A DNA stretch of 64,000 nucleotides from Candidatus Tenderia electrophaga (GCA_001447805.1 CP013099.1:3395181-3459180), one strand, 5' to 3'. Shown: positions 28,853-39,623, counted from the first letter of the stretch. The notes: generated from the letters alone by a model not told the origin. Made by a program: numbers and translations.

Positions 28853-28882
28853 CAGGCGCCTAGGCGCGCCCTGCATTTTCAT
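28853..28882 (+). terminator. Candidate intrinsic terminator after motB (GGCGCC-TAG-GCGCGCC stem, then a CTGCATTTTC T-rich tail)
   Basis: Palindrome followed by a U-rich tract 8 nt after the motB stop. Confidence 0.4.
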
Positions 28883-29022
28883 GTTCTCATGCGGTCTAAT
28901 TCACTACACTTCAAGAGTCAAAGGATTGTGATTGCCGGCTAGAGAAATCCTGTTTTAACCCGATACTTACCCATGGGGTGCAGTAACCCCGCCGGGACTT
29001 GGCTGGAATTAGGGAGCGTTGA

Positions 29023-29895
29023 TTGAAAATGGGTGTGAAGGCGTGGTTGGTCGACAAGCTGGTCGACTGGCTCAACAGCGAGGATGAGCAACGTGATATT
29101 CCCCTGTGCGATTTCGATCGCCTGAGCTTCGAGATCAGGCCGTGCGATGTATTGCTGGTGGAGGGGCGCAACCGTATCAGTAACTTTATCAAGACCATTA
29201 CGCTCAGTTCCTGGACCCATTCGGCGCTGTACATCGGCCGTCTGCACGACATTGAAGATGCAGAGTTGAAGGACATCATCCGGCGTCATTATGACGGCGA
29301 TCCGACCGACCAGTTGCTGATAGAACCCTTGCTGGGGCAGGGCACGGTGATCTCGCCCTTGTCCAAGTATAAAGACGATCATTTGCGTATTTGCCGCCCG
29401 CGCGGCCTGTCGCGCCAAGACGTGCGGCAGGTCGTGAGAGAGGCGGTGGGCTATTTTGGGCGCGAATACGATATTCGTCACCTGTTCGATCTGGCGCGTT
29501 TCATCTTTCCCTACGGCATGGTGCCGCGGCGTTGGCGCTCGACCCTGTTCGAACATAATGCCGGCACCCAGGCCAAGACCGTGTGTTCCACCATGATCGC
29601 CGAGGTCTTCGCCGCGGTGCACTACCCGGTGCTGCCGGTGATTCATCGTACCGAAGACGGCGGTCTGAAACTGTACAAGCGCAACACGCGCCTGTATACG
29701 CCGCGTGATTTTGACTACTCGCCCTATTTCGAGGTCATCAAATACCCGCTCCTGGGTTTCGGTGACGCGGCGGTCTACCGCCAGTTGCCCTGGGATCAGG
29801 AGGGGGTGGTCTGTAACGCCGCGGGCGAGTGTTACGCCGCCGACGGCAAACGTGTGCATCACACGGTGATTGAGGTCAGCAAACAGGCTGGTTAA
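29023..29895 (+). CDS. YiiX/YebB-like (DUF830) permuted papain-fold putative hydrolase
   Basis: Resembles E. coli YiiX around the catalytic segment (CDVLLVEGRNRISNFIKTITLSSWTHSALYIG). It lies 19 nt upstream of fadE. Confidence 0.5.
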   Translation: MKMGVKAWLVDKLVDWLNSEDEQRDIPLCDFDRLSFEIRPCDVLLVEGRNRISNFIKTITLSSWTHSALYIGRLHDIEDAELKDIIRRHYDGDPTDQLLIEPLLGQGTVISPLSKYKDDHLRICRPRGLSRQDVRQVVREAVGYFGREYDIRHLFDLARFIFPYGMVPRRWRSTLFEHNAGTQAKTVCSTMIAEVFAAVHYPVLPVIHRTEDGGLKLYKRNTRLYTPRDFDYSPYFEVIKYPLLGFGDAAVYRQLPWDQEGVVCNAAGECYAADGKRVHHTVIEVSKQAG

Positions 29896-29914
29896 CAGCG
29901 AGAAGGAAATCGAT

Positions 29915-32347
29915 ATGGCAATGGTTTGGTGTCTGGTGGTGGCCGCGGCCATCTGGTTTATGGCCTACATGCGTTTTGCCCTGTGGCAATGGAGTGTGGT
30001 GCTGGTAGGCCTGTTATTGGCGGCAACTATGTTGGGCGTGTATTCAACGCCGGTGCTGGTGGCGCATTGGGTCGTGTTGGCGCTTGTCGTCGTTCCCCTG
30101 AATATACCGCCGCTGCGCCGCTTCCTGATCAGCAACCGCGTGCTGCCCTTGCTGCGCGACGCCCTGCCACCCATGTCCCAGACCGAGAAGGAGGCGCTGG
30201 ATGCCGGCACGGTATGGTGGGACGGCGAGCTGTTCAGCGGCCGCCCCGACTGGCACAAGCTGCATGATACGGTGCTGCCCAAGCTCAGTGATGCGGAACA
30301 GGCCTTCCTCAACGGCCCGGTGGAAGAGCTGTGTAAGATGCTGGACGACTGGCACATCACTGAGGAGCGCCGCGACCTGTCGCCCGACGTCTGGCAGTAC
30401 CTCAAGGACGAGCGCTTCTTCGGCATGATCATTCCGAAACAGTACGGCGGGCTGGAGTTTTCCGCCCTGGCCCATTCCAGTGTGGTGATGAAGATCGCCA
30501 GCCGTTCGGTGTCAGCGGCGGTGACGGTGATGGTGCCCAATTCCCTCGGTCCGGCCGAGTTGTTGCTGCACTATGGTACGCAAGCCCAAAAGGACCACTA
30601 TCTGCCGCGTCTGGCCAAGGGCGAAGAGGTGCCGTGTTTTGCCTTGACCGGGCCGGAGTCGGGCTCGGACGCCGCCTCCATCCCCGATCGCGGCGTGGTT
30701 TGTCGCGACGAGTTCGAAGGAAAAGAAACCCTAGGCATCCGCCTTGACTGGGATAAGCGCTACATTACCCTGGGCCCGGTGGCGACCGTGCTGGGCCTGG
30801 CGTTTCGTCTCTATGACCCGGATCACCTCATCGGCCAGACAGTGGACATCGGCATCACCTGCGCCTTGATCCCCACCGACACCGATGGCGTCAGCATCGG
30901 CAACCGCCATGCGCCGCTCAACATGGCCTTCATGAACGGCCCCAACCAGGGTAAGGATGTGTTCATTCCCATGGATTGGGTTATCGGCGGTCAGGAACGG
31001 GTCGGGCAGGGCTGGCGTATGTTGATGGAATCCTTGGCGGCGGGGCGCTCCATCTCCCTGCCCGCCTTGAGCGTGGGGGCGGGCAAGCTCACCTCGCGCG
31101 CCACCGGCGCTTACTCGCGCATCCGTAAGCAGTTCAACACCCCTATCGGCAAGTTCGAAGGGGTGGAAGAGCCGCTGGCGCGCATCGCCGCCAATACCTA
31201 TCTCATGGATGCGGCGCGCGTGCTGACCGCCGCCGCGGTGGATCTGGGCGAAAAGCCATCGGTGCTGTCGGCCATCGCCAAGTACAACATGACCGAACGC
31301 ATGCGCGCGGTGGTCAACGACGCCATGGACGTGCAGGGCGGCAGCGGCATCTGTATGGGACCGCGTAATTACCTGGCACGGGTGTACCAGTCCATCCCCA
31401 TCAGCATCACCGTGGAGGGGGCCAATATCCTGACCCGCAGCATGATTATCTTCGGTCAGGGCGCAATCCGCTGCCATCCCTATATTCTGAAAGAGATGAA
31501 TGCGGCGCAGGATCAAGACCCACAGCGCGGCGCGATTGCCTTCGACAAAGCCTTCATCGGTCATGTCGGGTTCACCCTCAGCAACGCAGCGCGCGCCTTC
31601 TGGCTGGGGCTGACCGGCGCGCGTTTCCAGATGGCGCCCAAGCGCGGGCCGGAGCGTTATTATTATCAGCAGGCCACACGCATGAGCGCCGCCTTCGCCC
31701 TGGTGGCCGATGTGATCATGTTGACCCTGGGCGGGGCGGTGAAACGCAAGGAGAAACTCTCCGGCCGCTTGGCCGATATGCTGAGCCAGTTGTATCTGAT
31801 CTCGGCCTGTCTCAAACGTTTTCATGACGACGGCAGTCCACGCGAAGACTTGCCATTGCTGCAATGGGCTTGCGATGATGCCCTCTACCAGATGCAAGAA
31901 AGCCTGCGCGGCCTGTTGCGCAACCTGCCCATGCGGCCCTTGGCGATGCTGTTGCGCATCATGATCATGCCCTGGGGCAAGAGCTATCACCTGCCGGTGG
32001 ACCGACTCGGCCATCAGGCCGCCAGTCTGTTGTTGGCACCGTCGCAGACGCGTGATCGTTTGACCCAGGGCATCTTCGTGCCCGCCGGCGAGGACGAGCC
32101 GCTGGGCCGTCTGGAGGCGGCACTGCACAAAGTGATCGACGCCGAATCCGTGGAGCGCCTGCTGCGTTCCGCGGTGAGGAGCGGCAAACTGACAAAGACA
32201 AGGGAAGACGAGCTGGTCGACCGCGGCCTGGCCGCCGGCGTGATCGAAGCGCAGGAGGCCGAACTGGTGAAGGCCGCCATCGCGGCACGGCGCGAGGTGA
32301 TCAAGGTCGACGATTTCGCACCTGACTATTGGTACAAGGAGTCATAG
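29915..32347 (+). CDS. fadE: Acyl-CoA dehydrogenase, FadE type (about 810 aa, membrane-anchored N-terminus)
   Basis: Collinear similarity to E. coli FadE (MSQTEKEALDAGTVWWDGELFSGRPDWHKL...PNSLGPAELLLHYGT..QKDHYLPRLA). AAGGA ribosome-binding site. Confidence 0.85.
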   Translation: MAMVWCLVVAAAIWFMAYMRFALWQWSVVLVGLLLAATMLGVYSTPVLVAHWVVLALVVVPLNIPPLRRFLISNRVLPLLRDALPPMSQTEKEALDAGTVWWDGELFSGRPDWHKLHDTVLPKLSDAEQAFLNGPVEELCKMLDDWHITEERRDLSPDVWQYLKDERFFGMIIPKQYGGLEFSALAHSSVVMKIASRSVSAAVTVMVPNSLGPAELLLHYGTQAQKDHYLPRLAKGEEVPCFALTGPESGSDAASIPDRGVVCRDEFEGKETLGIRLDWDKRYITLGPVATVLGLAFRLYDPDHLIGQTVDIGITCALIPTDTDGVSIGNRHAPLNMAFMNGPNQGKDVFIPMDWVIGGQERVGQGWRMLMESLAAGRSISLPALSVGAGKLTSRATGAYSRIRKQFNTPIGKFEGVEEPLARIAANTYLMDAARVLTAAAVDLGEKPSVLSAIAKYNMTERMRAVVNDAMDVQGGSGICMGPRNYLARVYQSIPISITVEGANILTRSMIIFGQGAIRCHPYILKEMNAAQDQDPQRGAIAFDKAFIGHVGFTLSNAARAFWLGLTGARFQMAPKRGPERYYYQQATRMSAAFALVADVIMLTLGGAVKRKEKLSGRLADMLSQLYLISACLKRFHDDGSPREDLPLLQWACDDALYQMQESLRGLLRNLPMRPLAMLLRIMIMPWGKSYHLPVDRLGHQAASLLLAPSQTRDRLTQGIFVPAGEDEPLGRLEAALHKVIDAESVERLLRSAVRSGKLTKTREDELVDRGLAAGVIEAQEAELVKAAIAARREVIKVDDFAPDYWYKES

Positions 32348-32348
32348 C

Positions 32349-33644
32349 ATGGCGACACGCAGCAAGGGGAGACCGGTATTTATCGTGGACGGTGCCCGTA
32401 CGCCCTTCTTCAAGGCAGTGGGTAAACCGGGGCCGTTTCGGGCCTCCGACCTGGCCGTTGCAGCGGGACGCCCGCTGTTGGCGCGACAGTCGTTCGAACC
32501 CGAGAACCTGGACGAGGTGATCCTGGGTTGCGTCATGCCCGGGCCGGACGAGGCCAACATCGGCCGCGTCGTGGCGCTGCGACTGGGCTGCGGCAAATCG
32601 GTGCCCGCCTGGACGGTGCAACGCAATTGCGCCTCCGGCATGCAGGCCCTGGACTGCGCCTACAAGAACATCGCCACCGGCCGCGCCAACCTGATCCTGG
32701 CCGGCGGGACGGAATCCATGAGTCACGCCCCCGTGCTGCTCAATGAAAAGATGGTGGCCTGGTTGGCCGACTGGTCCAAGGCCAAAAGCTTCGGCCGGAA
32801 ATTGCAGCTTCTGGGTCAACTGCGTGGCGGTCATCTAAAGCCCGTCATCGGTCTGCTGCGTGGCCTGAGCGATCCTATCGTCGGCCTCTCCATGGGCCAG
32901 ACGGCCGAGATCCTGGCGCACAAATTCAAGATCGACCGCGACACCATGGACGCCTATGCCGTGGCGAGTCATCACCGCCTGGCCAAGGCCCAGGACGAGG
33001 GTTGGCTGGACGAGATCGAGGCTGTTTATGACAGCCGCGGCAAACATCATCTGCACGATACCGGCCTGCGGCGCGACTCCAGCCTGGCCAGCCTGGCCAA
33101 GCTGAAACCGGTCTTCGACCGTCAGTTCGGCCGCGTCACCGCCGGCAACAGCGCTCAGGTCACCGACGGCGCCGCCATGCTGATCCTGGCCAGCGAGGAG
33201 GCGGTGAAGCAGTATGAGTTGCCGGTACTGGGACGCATCGTCGACAGCGAATGGGCCGGACTGGAACCGAGCCAGATGGGGCTGGGGCCGGTACACGCCA
33301 TGACCCCTATCATGAAACGCAAACGCTGGAAGCCGGATGGCGTGGACTATTGGGAGATCAACGAGGCCTTCGCCACCCAGGTGCTGGCCTGTCTCGAGGC
33401 CTGGAAAGACGAACACTATTGCAGCAGTGCACTGAACATGCGCACGGCCATGGGCGAGATCGACCGCGATCGTTTGAATGTGGACGGCGGCGGCGTCAGT
33501 CTGGGGCATCCAGTGGGTGCCAGCGGCGCGCGCATCGTGTTGCATCTGCTGCACGTGCTGGAACGCAACAACGCCAAACGCGGCATGGCCAGTCTGTGCA
33601 TCGGCGGCGGACAGGGCGGCGCCATGGCCGTGGAAAGGGATTAA
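32349..33644 (+). CDS. fadI: 3-ketoacyl-CoA thiolase, FadI type
   Basis: Thiolase catalytic Cys (NCASGMQA). C-terminal CIGGGQGGAM. Carries the FadI-specific insertion. Confidence 0.75.
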   Translation: MATRSKGRPVFIVDGARTPFFKAVGKPGPFRASDLAVAAGRPLLARQSFEPENLDEVILGCVMPGPDEANIGRVVALRLGCGKSVPAWTVQRNCASGMQALDCAYKNIATGRANLILAGGTESMSHAPVLLNEKMVAWLADWSKAKSFGRKLQLLGQLRGGHLKPVIGLLRGLSDPIVGLSMGQTAEILAHKFKIDRDTMDAYAVASHHRLAKAQDEGWLDEIEAVYDSRGKHHLHDTGLRRDSSLASLAKLKPVFDRQFGRVTAGNSAQVTDGAAMLILASEEAVKQYELPVLGRIVDSEWAGLEPSQMGLGPVHAMTPIMKRKRWKPDGVDYWEINEAFATQVLACLEAWKDEHYCSSALNMRTAMGEIDRDRLNVDGGGVSLGHPVGASGARIVLHLLHVLERNNAKRGMASLCIGGGQGGAMAVERD

Positions 33645-33648
33645 AGCG

Positions 33649-35688
33649 ATGACAGAACAGAGCTATCAACACTGGCGCCTGGAGCGCGACGAACACGACA
33701 TCGCCTGGCTTTATGCCGATAAGGCGAATGCCGGGGCCAATACCCTTTCCAAGGCGGTGCTGGAAGAGCTTTACGACATTCTCAGCCAGTTCAATGAAGA
33801 CCGGCCCCAGGGCTTGGTGATTCTGTCGGCCAAAGCCAGTGGTTTTATCGCCGGCGCCGACATCAACGAATTCACCACCCTGGGCGGACAGAAAGACGCC
33901 GAAGATCTCATCGGCCGCGGCCAGGCGGTGCTGGACCGGCTCGCCGCCCTGGACATGCCCACCGTGGCGCTGATCCACGGCTTTTGCCTGGGCGGCGGTA
34001 TGGAACTGGCGCTGGCCTGCCGCTATCGCATCGCCGACGACGATCCCAAGACCAAGCTGGGTCTGCCCGAGGTCAACCTGGGCATTCACCCCGGCTTCGG
34101 CGGCACCGTGCGCCTGCCGCCGCTGGTGGGGGCGCCCGCCGCCATGGACATGATGTTGGGCGGCCGTTCCTTGAGCGCCCGCGCGGCGCAGCGCATGGGG
34201 CTGGTGGACTATGCCGTACCGGCGCGCCACTTCAAGGACGCCGCCCGCGCCACCGTGTTGCGGCCGCCGGCGCGCAAACAGGCGACCGGCTGGAAGGCCT
34301 GGACCAATCACAAGCTGGTCCGCCCCCTGCTGGCGCGCTATCTGGAAAAGCAGGTAGCCAAACGGGCGCGCAAGGACCACTATCCCGCCCCCTATGCCTT
34401 GATCGAGTTGTGGAAAAATCACATGGACGACCCGCGCCGCATGATGCGCGAGGAAGCGAGTTCTGTCGCACGCCTGGTGATGGGCGAGACCGCTCAGAGC
34501 CTGGTGCGCGTGTTTTTCCTGCAGGAACGCATGAAGTCCCTGGGTGACAAGAAAGAGATCGAGGTCAAGCACGTGCATGTCATCGGGGGTGGCGTGATGG
34601 GCGGTGATATCGCCGCCTGGTGCGCCATGCGCGGCCTGCACGTCACCCTCCAGGACCGTAGTCACGAGGCCCTGGCGCGGGTGGTGAAGCGCGCCCATGA
34701 TTTATACCGCAAGCGGCTTAAACAGCCGCGCGTCATCCAGGCCGCCATGGACCGCTTGATGCCCGACATCCAGGGCGTCGGCGTGGCCAAGGCCGATGTG
34801 GTGATTGAGGCCATCTTCGAAGACGTGGATGCCAAGCAGGCGCTCTACAAAGAGATCGAACCCAAATTGAAAAAGGATGCCGTGCTGGCCACCAATACCT
34901 CCAGTATTCCTTTGGAGACCCTGTGCAAGGCCCTGAGCCGTCCCAGCCGCCTGGTGGGACTGCACTTCTTCAATCCCGTGGCCAAGATGCAGCTGGTGGA
35001 AATCGTCAAAGGCACCCAGACCGCGGAGAAGGCGGTGAAACAGGCCGCCGCCTTTTGCCGCCACATCGAGCGTCTGCCCCTGCCGGTGAAGAGCGCGCCG
35101 GGCTTTCTGGTCAATCGCGTGCTCATGCCCTATCTGCTGGAAGCGGTGACCCTGGAGGAAGAGGGCGTGCCGGCGACGGTGATCGACAAGGCGGCGCTGG
35201 ACTTCGGCATGCCCATGGGCCCCATCGAGCTGGCCGACACGGTGGGCCTGGATATCTGCCTTTCCGTGGCGCGCATCCTGTCGCAGCAGCTGGACATGCC
35301 GGTACCGGGGCGCCTGGAACAGCTGGTCAATGCCGGCCATCTGGGGCGCAAGAGCGGCACGGGCTTTTACCGCTACCAGAACGGCAAGAAACTGTTCAGC
35401 GGTGAGCACAAGGCCTACACCCCGCCGGCCGATATCACCGACCGCATGATGATGCGTTTTCTGAATGAGACGGTGGCCTGCCTGCGCGAGGGTATCGTGG
35501 ATGAGGGGGACCTGCTCGACGGCGGTGTGATCTTCGGGACCGGCTTCGCCCCCTTCCGCGGCGGTCCCATGCACTACATCCGCAAGACGGGACGCGCGCA
35601 GCTGCGCCATCGGCTCGAGACCTTGGAGACGCAACACGGCGCGCGCTTTCGCGTCGATGCCGGCTGGGATCAGGCGGATTTGTTCTAG
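33649..35688 (+). CDS. fadJ: Fatty-acid oxidation complex alpha subunit (enoyl-CoA hydratase / 3-hydroxyacyl-CoA dehydrogenase), FadJ type
   Basis: N-terminal crotonase fold. The central Rossmann motif (IGGGVMGGDIA) marks a 3-hydroxyacyl-CoA dehydrogenase domain. The start is the ATG at 33649, 4 nt after the fadI stop; the long ORF from 33478 is an upstream artefact. Confidence 0.8.
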   Translation: MTEQSYQHWRLERDEHDIAWLYADKANAGANTLSKAVLEELYDILSQFNEDRPQGLVILSAKASGFIAGADINEFTTLGGQKDAEDLIGRGQAVLDRLAALDMPTVALIHGFCLGGGMELALACRYRIADDDPKTKLGLPEVNLGIHPGFGGTVRLPPLVGAPAAMDMMLGGRSLSARAAQRMGLVDYAVPARHFKDAARATVLRPPARKQATGWKAWTNHKLVRPLLARYLEKQVAKRARKDHYPAPYALIELWKNHMDDPRRMMREEASSVARLVMGETAQSLVRVFFLQERMKSLGDKKEIEVKHVHVIGGGVMGGDIAAWCAMRGLHVTLQDRSHEALARVVKRAHDLYRKRLKQPRVIQAAMDRLMPDIQGVGVAKADVVIEAIFEDVDAKQALYKEIEPKLKKDAVLATNTSSIPLETLCKALSRPSRLVGLHFFNPVAKMQLVEIVKGTQTAEKAVKQAAAFCRHIERLPLPVKSAPGFLVNRVLMPYLLEAVTLEEEGVPATVIDKAALDFGMPMGPIELADTVGLDICLSVARILSQQLDMPVPGRLEQLVNAGHLGRKSGTGFYRYQNGKKLFSGEHKAYTPPADITDRMMMRFLNETVACLREGIVDEGDLLDGGVIFGTGFAPFRGGPMHYIRKTGRAQLRHRLETLETQHGARFRVDAGWDQADLF

Positions 35689-37434
35689 ATGGCCGATGTG
35701 ATCAGTCCGGAGTGCGCCCGCGTTCTGCCGGGACTGTTTTGCGAGCGCGTCAGGCGCAGTCCGGGCGCGGTGGCCTACACCTTTTACGACGGACCGTCGA
35801 ACACCTGGATGGATCTGACCTGGTCCGACATGGGGCGCTTGATCGCGCGCTGGCAGGCGGCGCTCAAGACCTTGGATCTGGCGCCCGGTGAGCGCGTCGC
35901 CATCATGGCCAACAATTCGCCCGAGTGGGTGATGTTCGAACAGGCCGCCCTGGGCCTGGGGTTGGTGGTGGTGCCGCTGTTCTTCAACGACCGTCCGGAC
36001 AATGTCGCCTATGTGCTGGGTCATTCCGGTGCGCGCCTGCTGTTGATCGAAAGTCTGGCGCAGTGGCGCGAACTGGAGGCCGTCGCCGGCCAGCTCGATG
36101 CGCAGCTGCGTATCTGGAGCATCAACGACTGCGGCGATGCTTGTCCGGTTCAGTATGTGGGAAAACTGCTGGGCAAGGCCGAGCGCAACCAGCCCGAGGT
36201 GTTGGTCAGCGACGGTGACAGTCTGGCCACCCTCGTCTACACCTCCGGGACCACCGGCAAACCCAAGGGCGTGATGCTGAGCCACAACAATATCCTTTGG
36301 AACGCGCATGCCGGGCTGCAAGTGGTGCCCATCTACCCTGATGATTATTTCCTGTCTTTTCTACCCCTGTCCCATGCGCTGGAGCGCACCGTGGGTTACT
36401 ACCTGCCCATGATGGCCGGCGCCAGTGTCGCGTATGCGCGCTCCATTCCCCTGTTGGCGGAAGACCTGCAAACCATTAAGCCGACGGTATTGATATCGGT
36501 GCCGCGCATCTATGAACGCGTCTATGGCAAGCTGCAGGAGCAATTGCGCAGCGAGTTGAAGCGCAAGTTGTTCAAGCTGGCCGTCGAGGTGGGCTGGCTG
36601 CGTTTTCAACATAAACAGGGCCTTGCCAAGTGGCATGCCAAGCTGCTGCTCTGGCCGCTGTTGAACAAACTGGTCGCCAGCAAACTGATGGACAAGCTGG
36701 GCGGTCGGCTGCGTATCGCCATCTGCGGCGGTGCGGCCCTGTCGGCCGAGCTGGGCAAGACCTTCGTCGGTCTGGGCTTGAACCTGTTGCAGGGTTACGG
36801 CATGACCGAATCCAGTCCGGTGATCTCAGTCAATCAGACCCAGAACAATGACCCCGTCAGTGTCGGCCCGCCGCTGCCCGATGTGGAATTGCGCATCGGT
36901 GACAACGAAGAGCTGCTGGCGCGCAGCCCCGGCGTGATGCAGGGTTACTGGAACAATCCCGAGGCCTCGGCCACGACTGTGGATGCCGAGGGCTGGCTGC
37001 ACACCGGCGACAAGGCCCGCCTCGAGGACGGGCGTGTCTACATCACCGGGCGCATCAAGGACGTGATCGTGCTCGATACCGGTGAGAAGGTCTCCCCCGC
37101 GGACATGGAGATGGCTATCAGCGCGGCGCCGATGTTCGAGCAAGTGCTGGTGATCGGTGACGGCCGTCCTTTCCTGGCCGCGCTGGTGGTGATGAGTGAC
37201 AAGGTTTCCGGCACACACTTCAGCGAGCATCTGCTGCTGGATTCGATCGCACAGCGCATCAAGGAGTTTCCCGGTTATGCCCAGATCCGGCGGGTGCAGG
37301 TGATCGACGCGGCCTGGACGGTGGAAAACGGTCTGTTGACGCCAACGCTCAAGCCCAAGCGTGACAAGATCATGCAGGCCTATGCCCGACAAATCGACGA
37401 ACTCTATCAGCAAACACAAGGAAGTGAGTCATGA
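35689..37434 (+). CDS. AMP-dependent long-chain fatty-acid--CoA ligase
   Basis: AMP-binding motif (LVYTSGTTGKPKGVMLSH). C-terminal GWLHTGD...GRIKD. Its ATG overlaps the fadJ stop. Confidence 0.8.
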   Translation: MADVISPECARVLPGLFCERVRRSPGAVAYTFYDGPSNTWMDLTWSDMGRLIARWQAALKTLDLAPGERVAIMANNSPEWVMFEQAALGLGLVVVPLFFNDRPDNVAYVLGHSGARLLLIESLAQWRELEAVAGQLDAQLRIWSINDCGDACPVQYVGKLLGKAERNQPEVLVSDGDSLATLVYTSGTTGKPKGVMLSHNNILWNAHAGLQVVPIYPDDYFLSFLPLSHALERTVGYYLPMMAGASVAYARSIPLLAEDLQTIKPTVLISVPRIYERVYGKLQEQLRSELKRKLFKLAVEVGWLRFQHKQGLAKWHAKLLLWPLLNKLVASKLMDKLGGRLRIAICGGAALSAELGKTFVGLGLNLLQGYGMTESSPVISVNQTQNNDPVSVGPPLPDVELRIGDNEELLARSPGVMQGYWNNPEASATTVDAEGWLHTGDKARLEDGRVYITGRIKDVIVLDTGEKVSPADMEMAISAAPMFEQVLVIGDGRPFLAALVVMSDKVSGTHFSEHLLLDSIAQRIKEFPGYAQIRRVQVIDAAWTVENGLLTPTLKPKRDKIMQAYARQIDELYQQTQGSES

Positions 37435-37817
37435 GCGATGTGATGCCGGAACACACCCAGCCGACCATTCGCGTCGTGGCCATGCCCGCCGACGCCAATG
37501 CCGCCGGCGATATCTTTGGCGGTTGGATCATGTCCCAGGTCGATATCGCCGGGTCGGTGGTGGCGCACCGCCGCGCCAAGGGCCGGGTGGTGACCGTGGC
37601 GGTCAATTCCTTCGAATTTCATCAGCCGGTCTTCGTCGGTGATGTGGTCAGCTGCTATGCCGAGGTGGTGCGCGTCGGTAACACCTCGCTGACGCTGGAT
37701 GTGAAGGTGTTCGCCGAACGCAATCGCGTCGAAACCCCGCTCAAGGTCACCCAGGCGACACTGACCTATGTGGCCGTGGGAGAGGATCGCAAGCCGCGCC
37801 GAGTGGACCCATCCTGA
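37431..37817 (+). CDS. Hotdog-fold acyl-CoA thioesterase (YciA-like)
   Basis: 128 aa. The N-terminal segment PADANAAGDIFGGWIMSQVD is typical of YciA/4HBT thioesterases. Confidence 0.75.
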   Translation: MSDVMPEHTQPTIRVVAMPADANAAGDIFGGWIMSQVDIAGSVVAHRRAKGRVVTVAVNSFEFHQPVFVGDVVSCYAEVVRVGNTSLTLDVKVFAERNRVETPLKVTQATLTYVAVGEDRKPRRVDPS

Positions 37818-37823
37818 CACGAC

Positions 37824-39623
37824 ATGTCCGCGTCAGACGCAGAACTCGAACACAACAAACAACGCGCCCTCGAGTTGCTCAACAGCAACCGGCTGAACGA
37901 GGCACGCCAACGCTACCGGGACATTACCCGTCAGGCGCCGGGGGATGCCGCCGCCTGGTTCATGCTGGGGACCACCGAAGGGCGTCTGGGTAATCTCGCC
38001 GCAGCGGAAGCGGCCATGTGCAAATCCCTGGCGGCCGATGCGCAACTGGCCGAGGCCTGGCTGGGACTGGGCCAGGTACTGGAACTGCAGGGGCGGCCGG
38101 ACGACGCCTGCCAAACTTATCTCAAGGCCCTCAGCTACAAGCCGCAACTGGCCGACGCCCATGCCGCATTGGGGAATATTTATAATGCCAGGGGCGGCTA
38201 TGAAAGCGCGGCGGAGCATCTGTCGCAGGCCGTGGCGCTGGGTGCCACGCGGCCGCAGGTGATGCTCGCCCTGGGCGATGCCCGGCGCGGCAGTAGCCGT
38301 TTCCGCGATGCCCTGAACCTATACCTACAATTGTTGCAGCAATTCCCCGCGGATGCCGGCCTGCATGCCCGGGCCGCCGCGATGCATTATGAATTGACCG
38401 AGATCGATCAGGCGCAACAGCATTTTCAACGCGCGCTGCAGCTCAATCCCGTGTTCATCGAGGCGCAGCTGGGCCTGATCAACCTCCACTACCAGCGGCG
38501 CGAATCCGCGCAGGCCTTGGCCGCCATTCGCGCCCTGTTTGATAGGCACAAACAGCATTGCGGCGTGGTGCTGCTGTATACCCGCCTGTGCCACCTCGAC
38601 GGTTCCTGCCGGCGGGTCATGAAGCAGGCCGAGACTTTGCTCGGGCATCCCGACATCAGCGCGGGGGCGCAGTCTCAGCTGTGTTTCGAGCTGGGGCGCC
38701 TCTATGATGCGGATAAAAAATATGAGCGGGCCTTCGCCTATTACCGGCGCGCTAATGCCTTCAAGCGCGGCCAATACGATCGTGAGGCGGCGCAGCGCAG
38801 CGTCGCGGCCATCCTGTCGCGCTATACCGCCGCGGCCATGGTCAAGACCGGCACGCTGCGCCGGGATCGACATCGTCCCTTGTTTGTCGTCGGCATGCCG
38901 CGCTCTGGCACCAGTCTGGTGGAGCAGATTCTGGCCGCCCACCCCCAGGTATACGGCGCCGGCGAACTGACTGATCTGCCCGCCCTGCTGCGTCGCTACC
39001 GGGAGGCGGGCGCGCATGACGAGGCCGGCCGTGACGAGGCCGCAGCAATGAGCGTGGACGACATGAATGCCATGGCGGAGCATTATCTGCAGCGCCTGGA
39101 CAGCGTGGCGACGGGGGATGAACGCTATGTCAGCGACAAGATGCCGAGCAATTTTTTTCGCCTGGGCCTGGTGACCAAGCTGTTCCCCGATGCCAAGATT
39201 ATCCATGTACGGCGCAATCCCATTGATACCTGTCTGTCCTGCTATTTCCAGGATTTTTCCGGGCCCCACGCCTATAGCTATGATCTGGACGACTTGGTGC
39301 ACTATTATAAAAACTATCGCCGTGTGATGGCGCATTGGCGTGAGCATCTGCCGCGCCCGATGCTGGAAGTGGATTATGAAACGCTGGTTGGCGATCCTGA
39401 GACCGAGGTGCGCCGTATGCTTGATTTTCTCGAGCTCGATTGGGATGATCGCTGTATGCGGTTTTACCAAACCGAGCGCGCGGTGATTACCGCCAGTCAC
39501 GCCCAGATACAAGTGCCCATCTACAAAGGTTCGGTGTCACGCTGGCGCAATTACGAGCGCTTTGTTGCCCCTCTTATAAAAGGATTCGCGGATGACGCAG
39601 GGATACAAAATGATGGTCAATGA
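37824..39623 (+). CDS. TPR-repeat protein fused to a C-terminal PAPS-dependent sulfotransferase domain
   Basis: N-terminal TPR repeats of about 34 aa (AWFMLG, AWLGLGQVL, AHAALGNIY). C-terminal sulfotransferase 5'-PSB motif (FVVGMPRSGTSLVEQIL) and 3'-PB region (RRNP.D...S). Starts 6 nt after the thioesterase stop. Confidence 0.75.
   Translation: MSASDAELEHNKQRALELLNSNRLNEARQRYRDITRQAPGDAAAWFMLGTTEGRLGNLAAAEAAMCKSLAADAQLAEAWLGLGQVLELQGRPDDACQTYLKALSYKPQLADAHAALGNIYNARGGYESAAEHLSQAVALGATRPQVMLALGDARRGSSRFRDALNLYLQLLQQFPADAGLHARAAAMHYELTEIDQAQQHFQRALQLNPVFIEAQLGLINLHYQRRESAQALAAIRALFDRHKQHCGVVLLYTRLCHLDGSCRRVMKQAETLLGHPDISAGAQSQLCFELGRLYDADKKYERAFAYYRRANAFKRGQYDREAAQRSVAAILSRYTAAAMVKTGTLRRDRHRPLFVVGMPRSGTSLVEQILAAHPQVYGAGELTDLPALLRRYREAGAHDEAGRDEAAAMSVDDMNAMAEHYLQRLDSVATGDERYVSDKMPSNFFRLGLVTKLFPDAKIIHVRRNPIDTCLSCYFQDFSGPHAYSYDLDDLVHYYKNYRRVMAHWREHLPRPMLEVDYETLVGDPETEVRRMLDFLELDWDDRCMRFYQTERAVITASHAQIQVPIYKGSVSRWRNYERFVAPLIKGFADDAGIQNDGQ

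Noticed and set aside
28940-29020. Possible fatty-acid regulator operator (GAAATCCTGTTTT) upstream of the fad operon
   Set aside because: It is only a loose half-palindrome resemblance to PsrA/FadR-type boxes. It is too degenerate to call without a position weight matrix scan.
33478-33648. 5' extension of the fadJ ORF overlapping the end of fadI
   Set aside because: The extension translates to Cys/Trp-rich junk in a frame overlapping the thiolase C-terminus. The real start is the ATG at 33649 (MTEQSYQHW...), 4 nt after the fadI stop.
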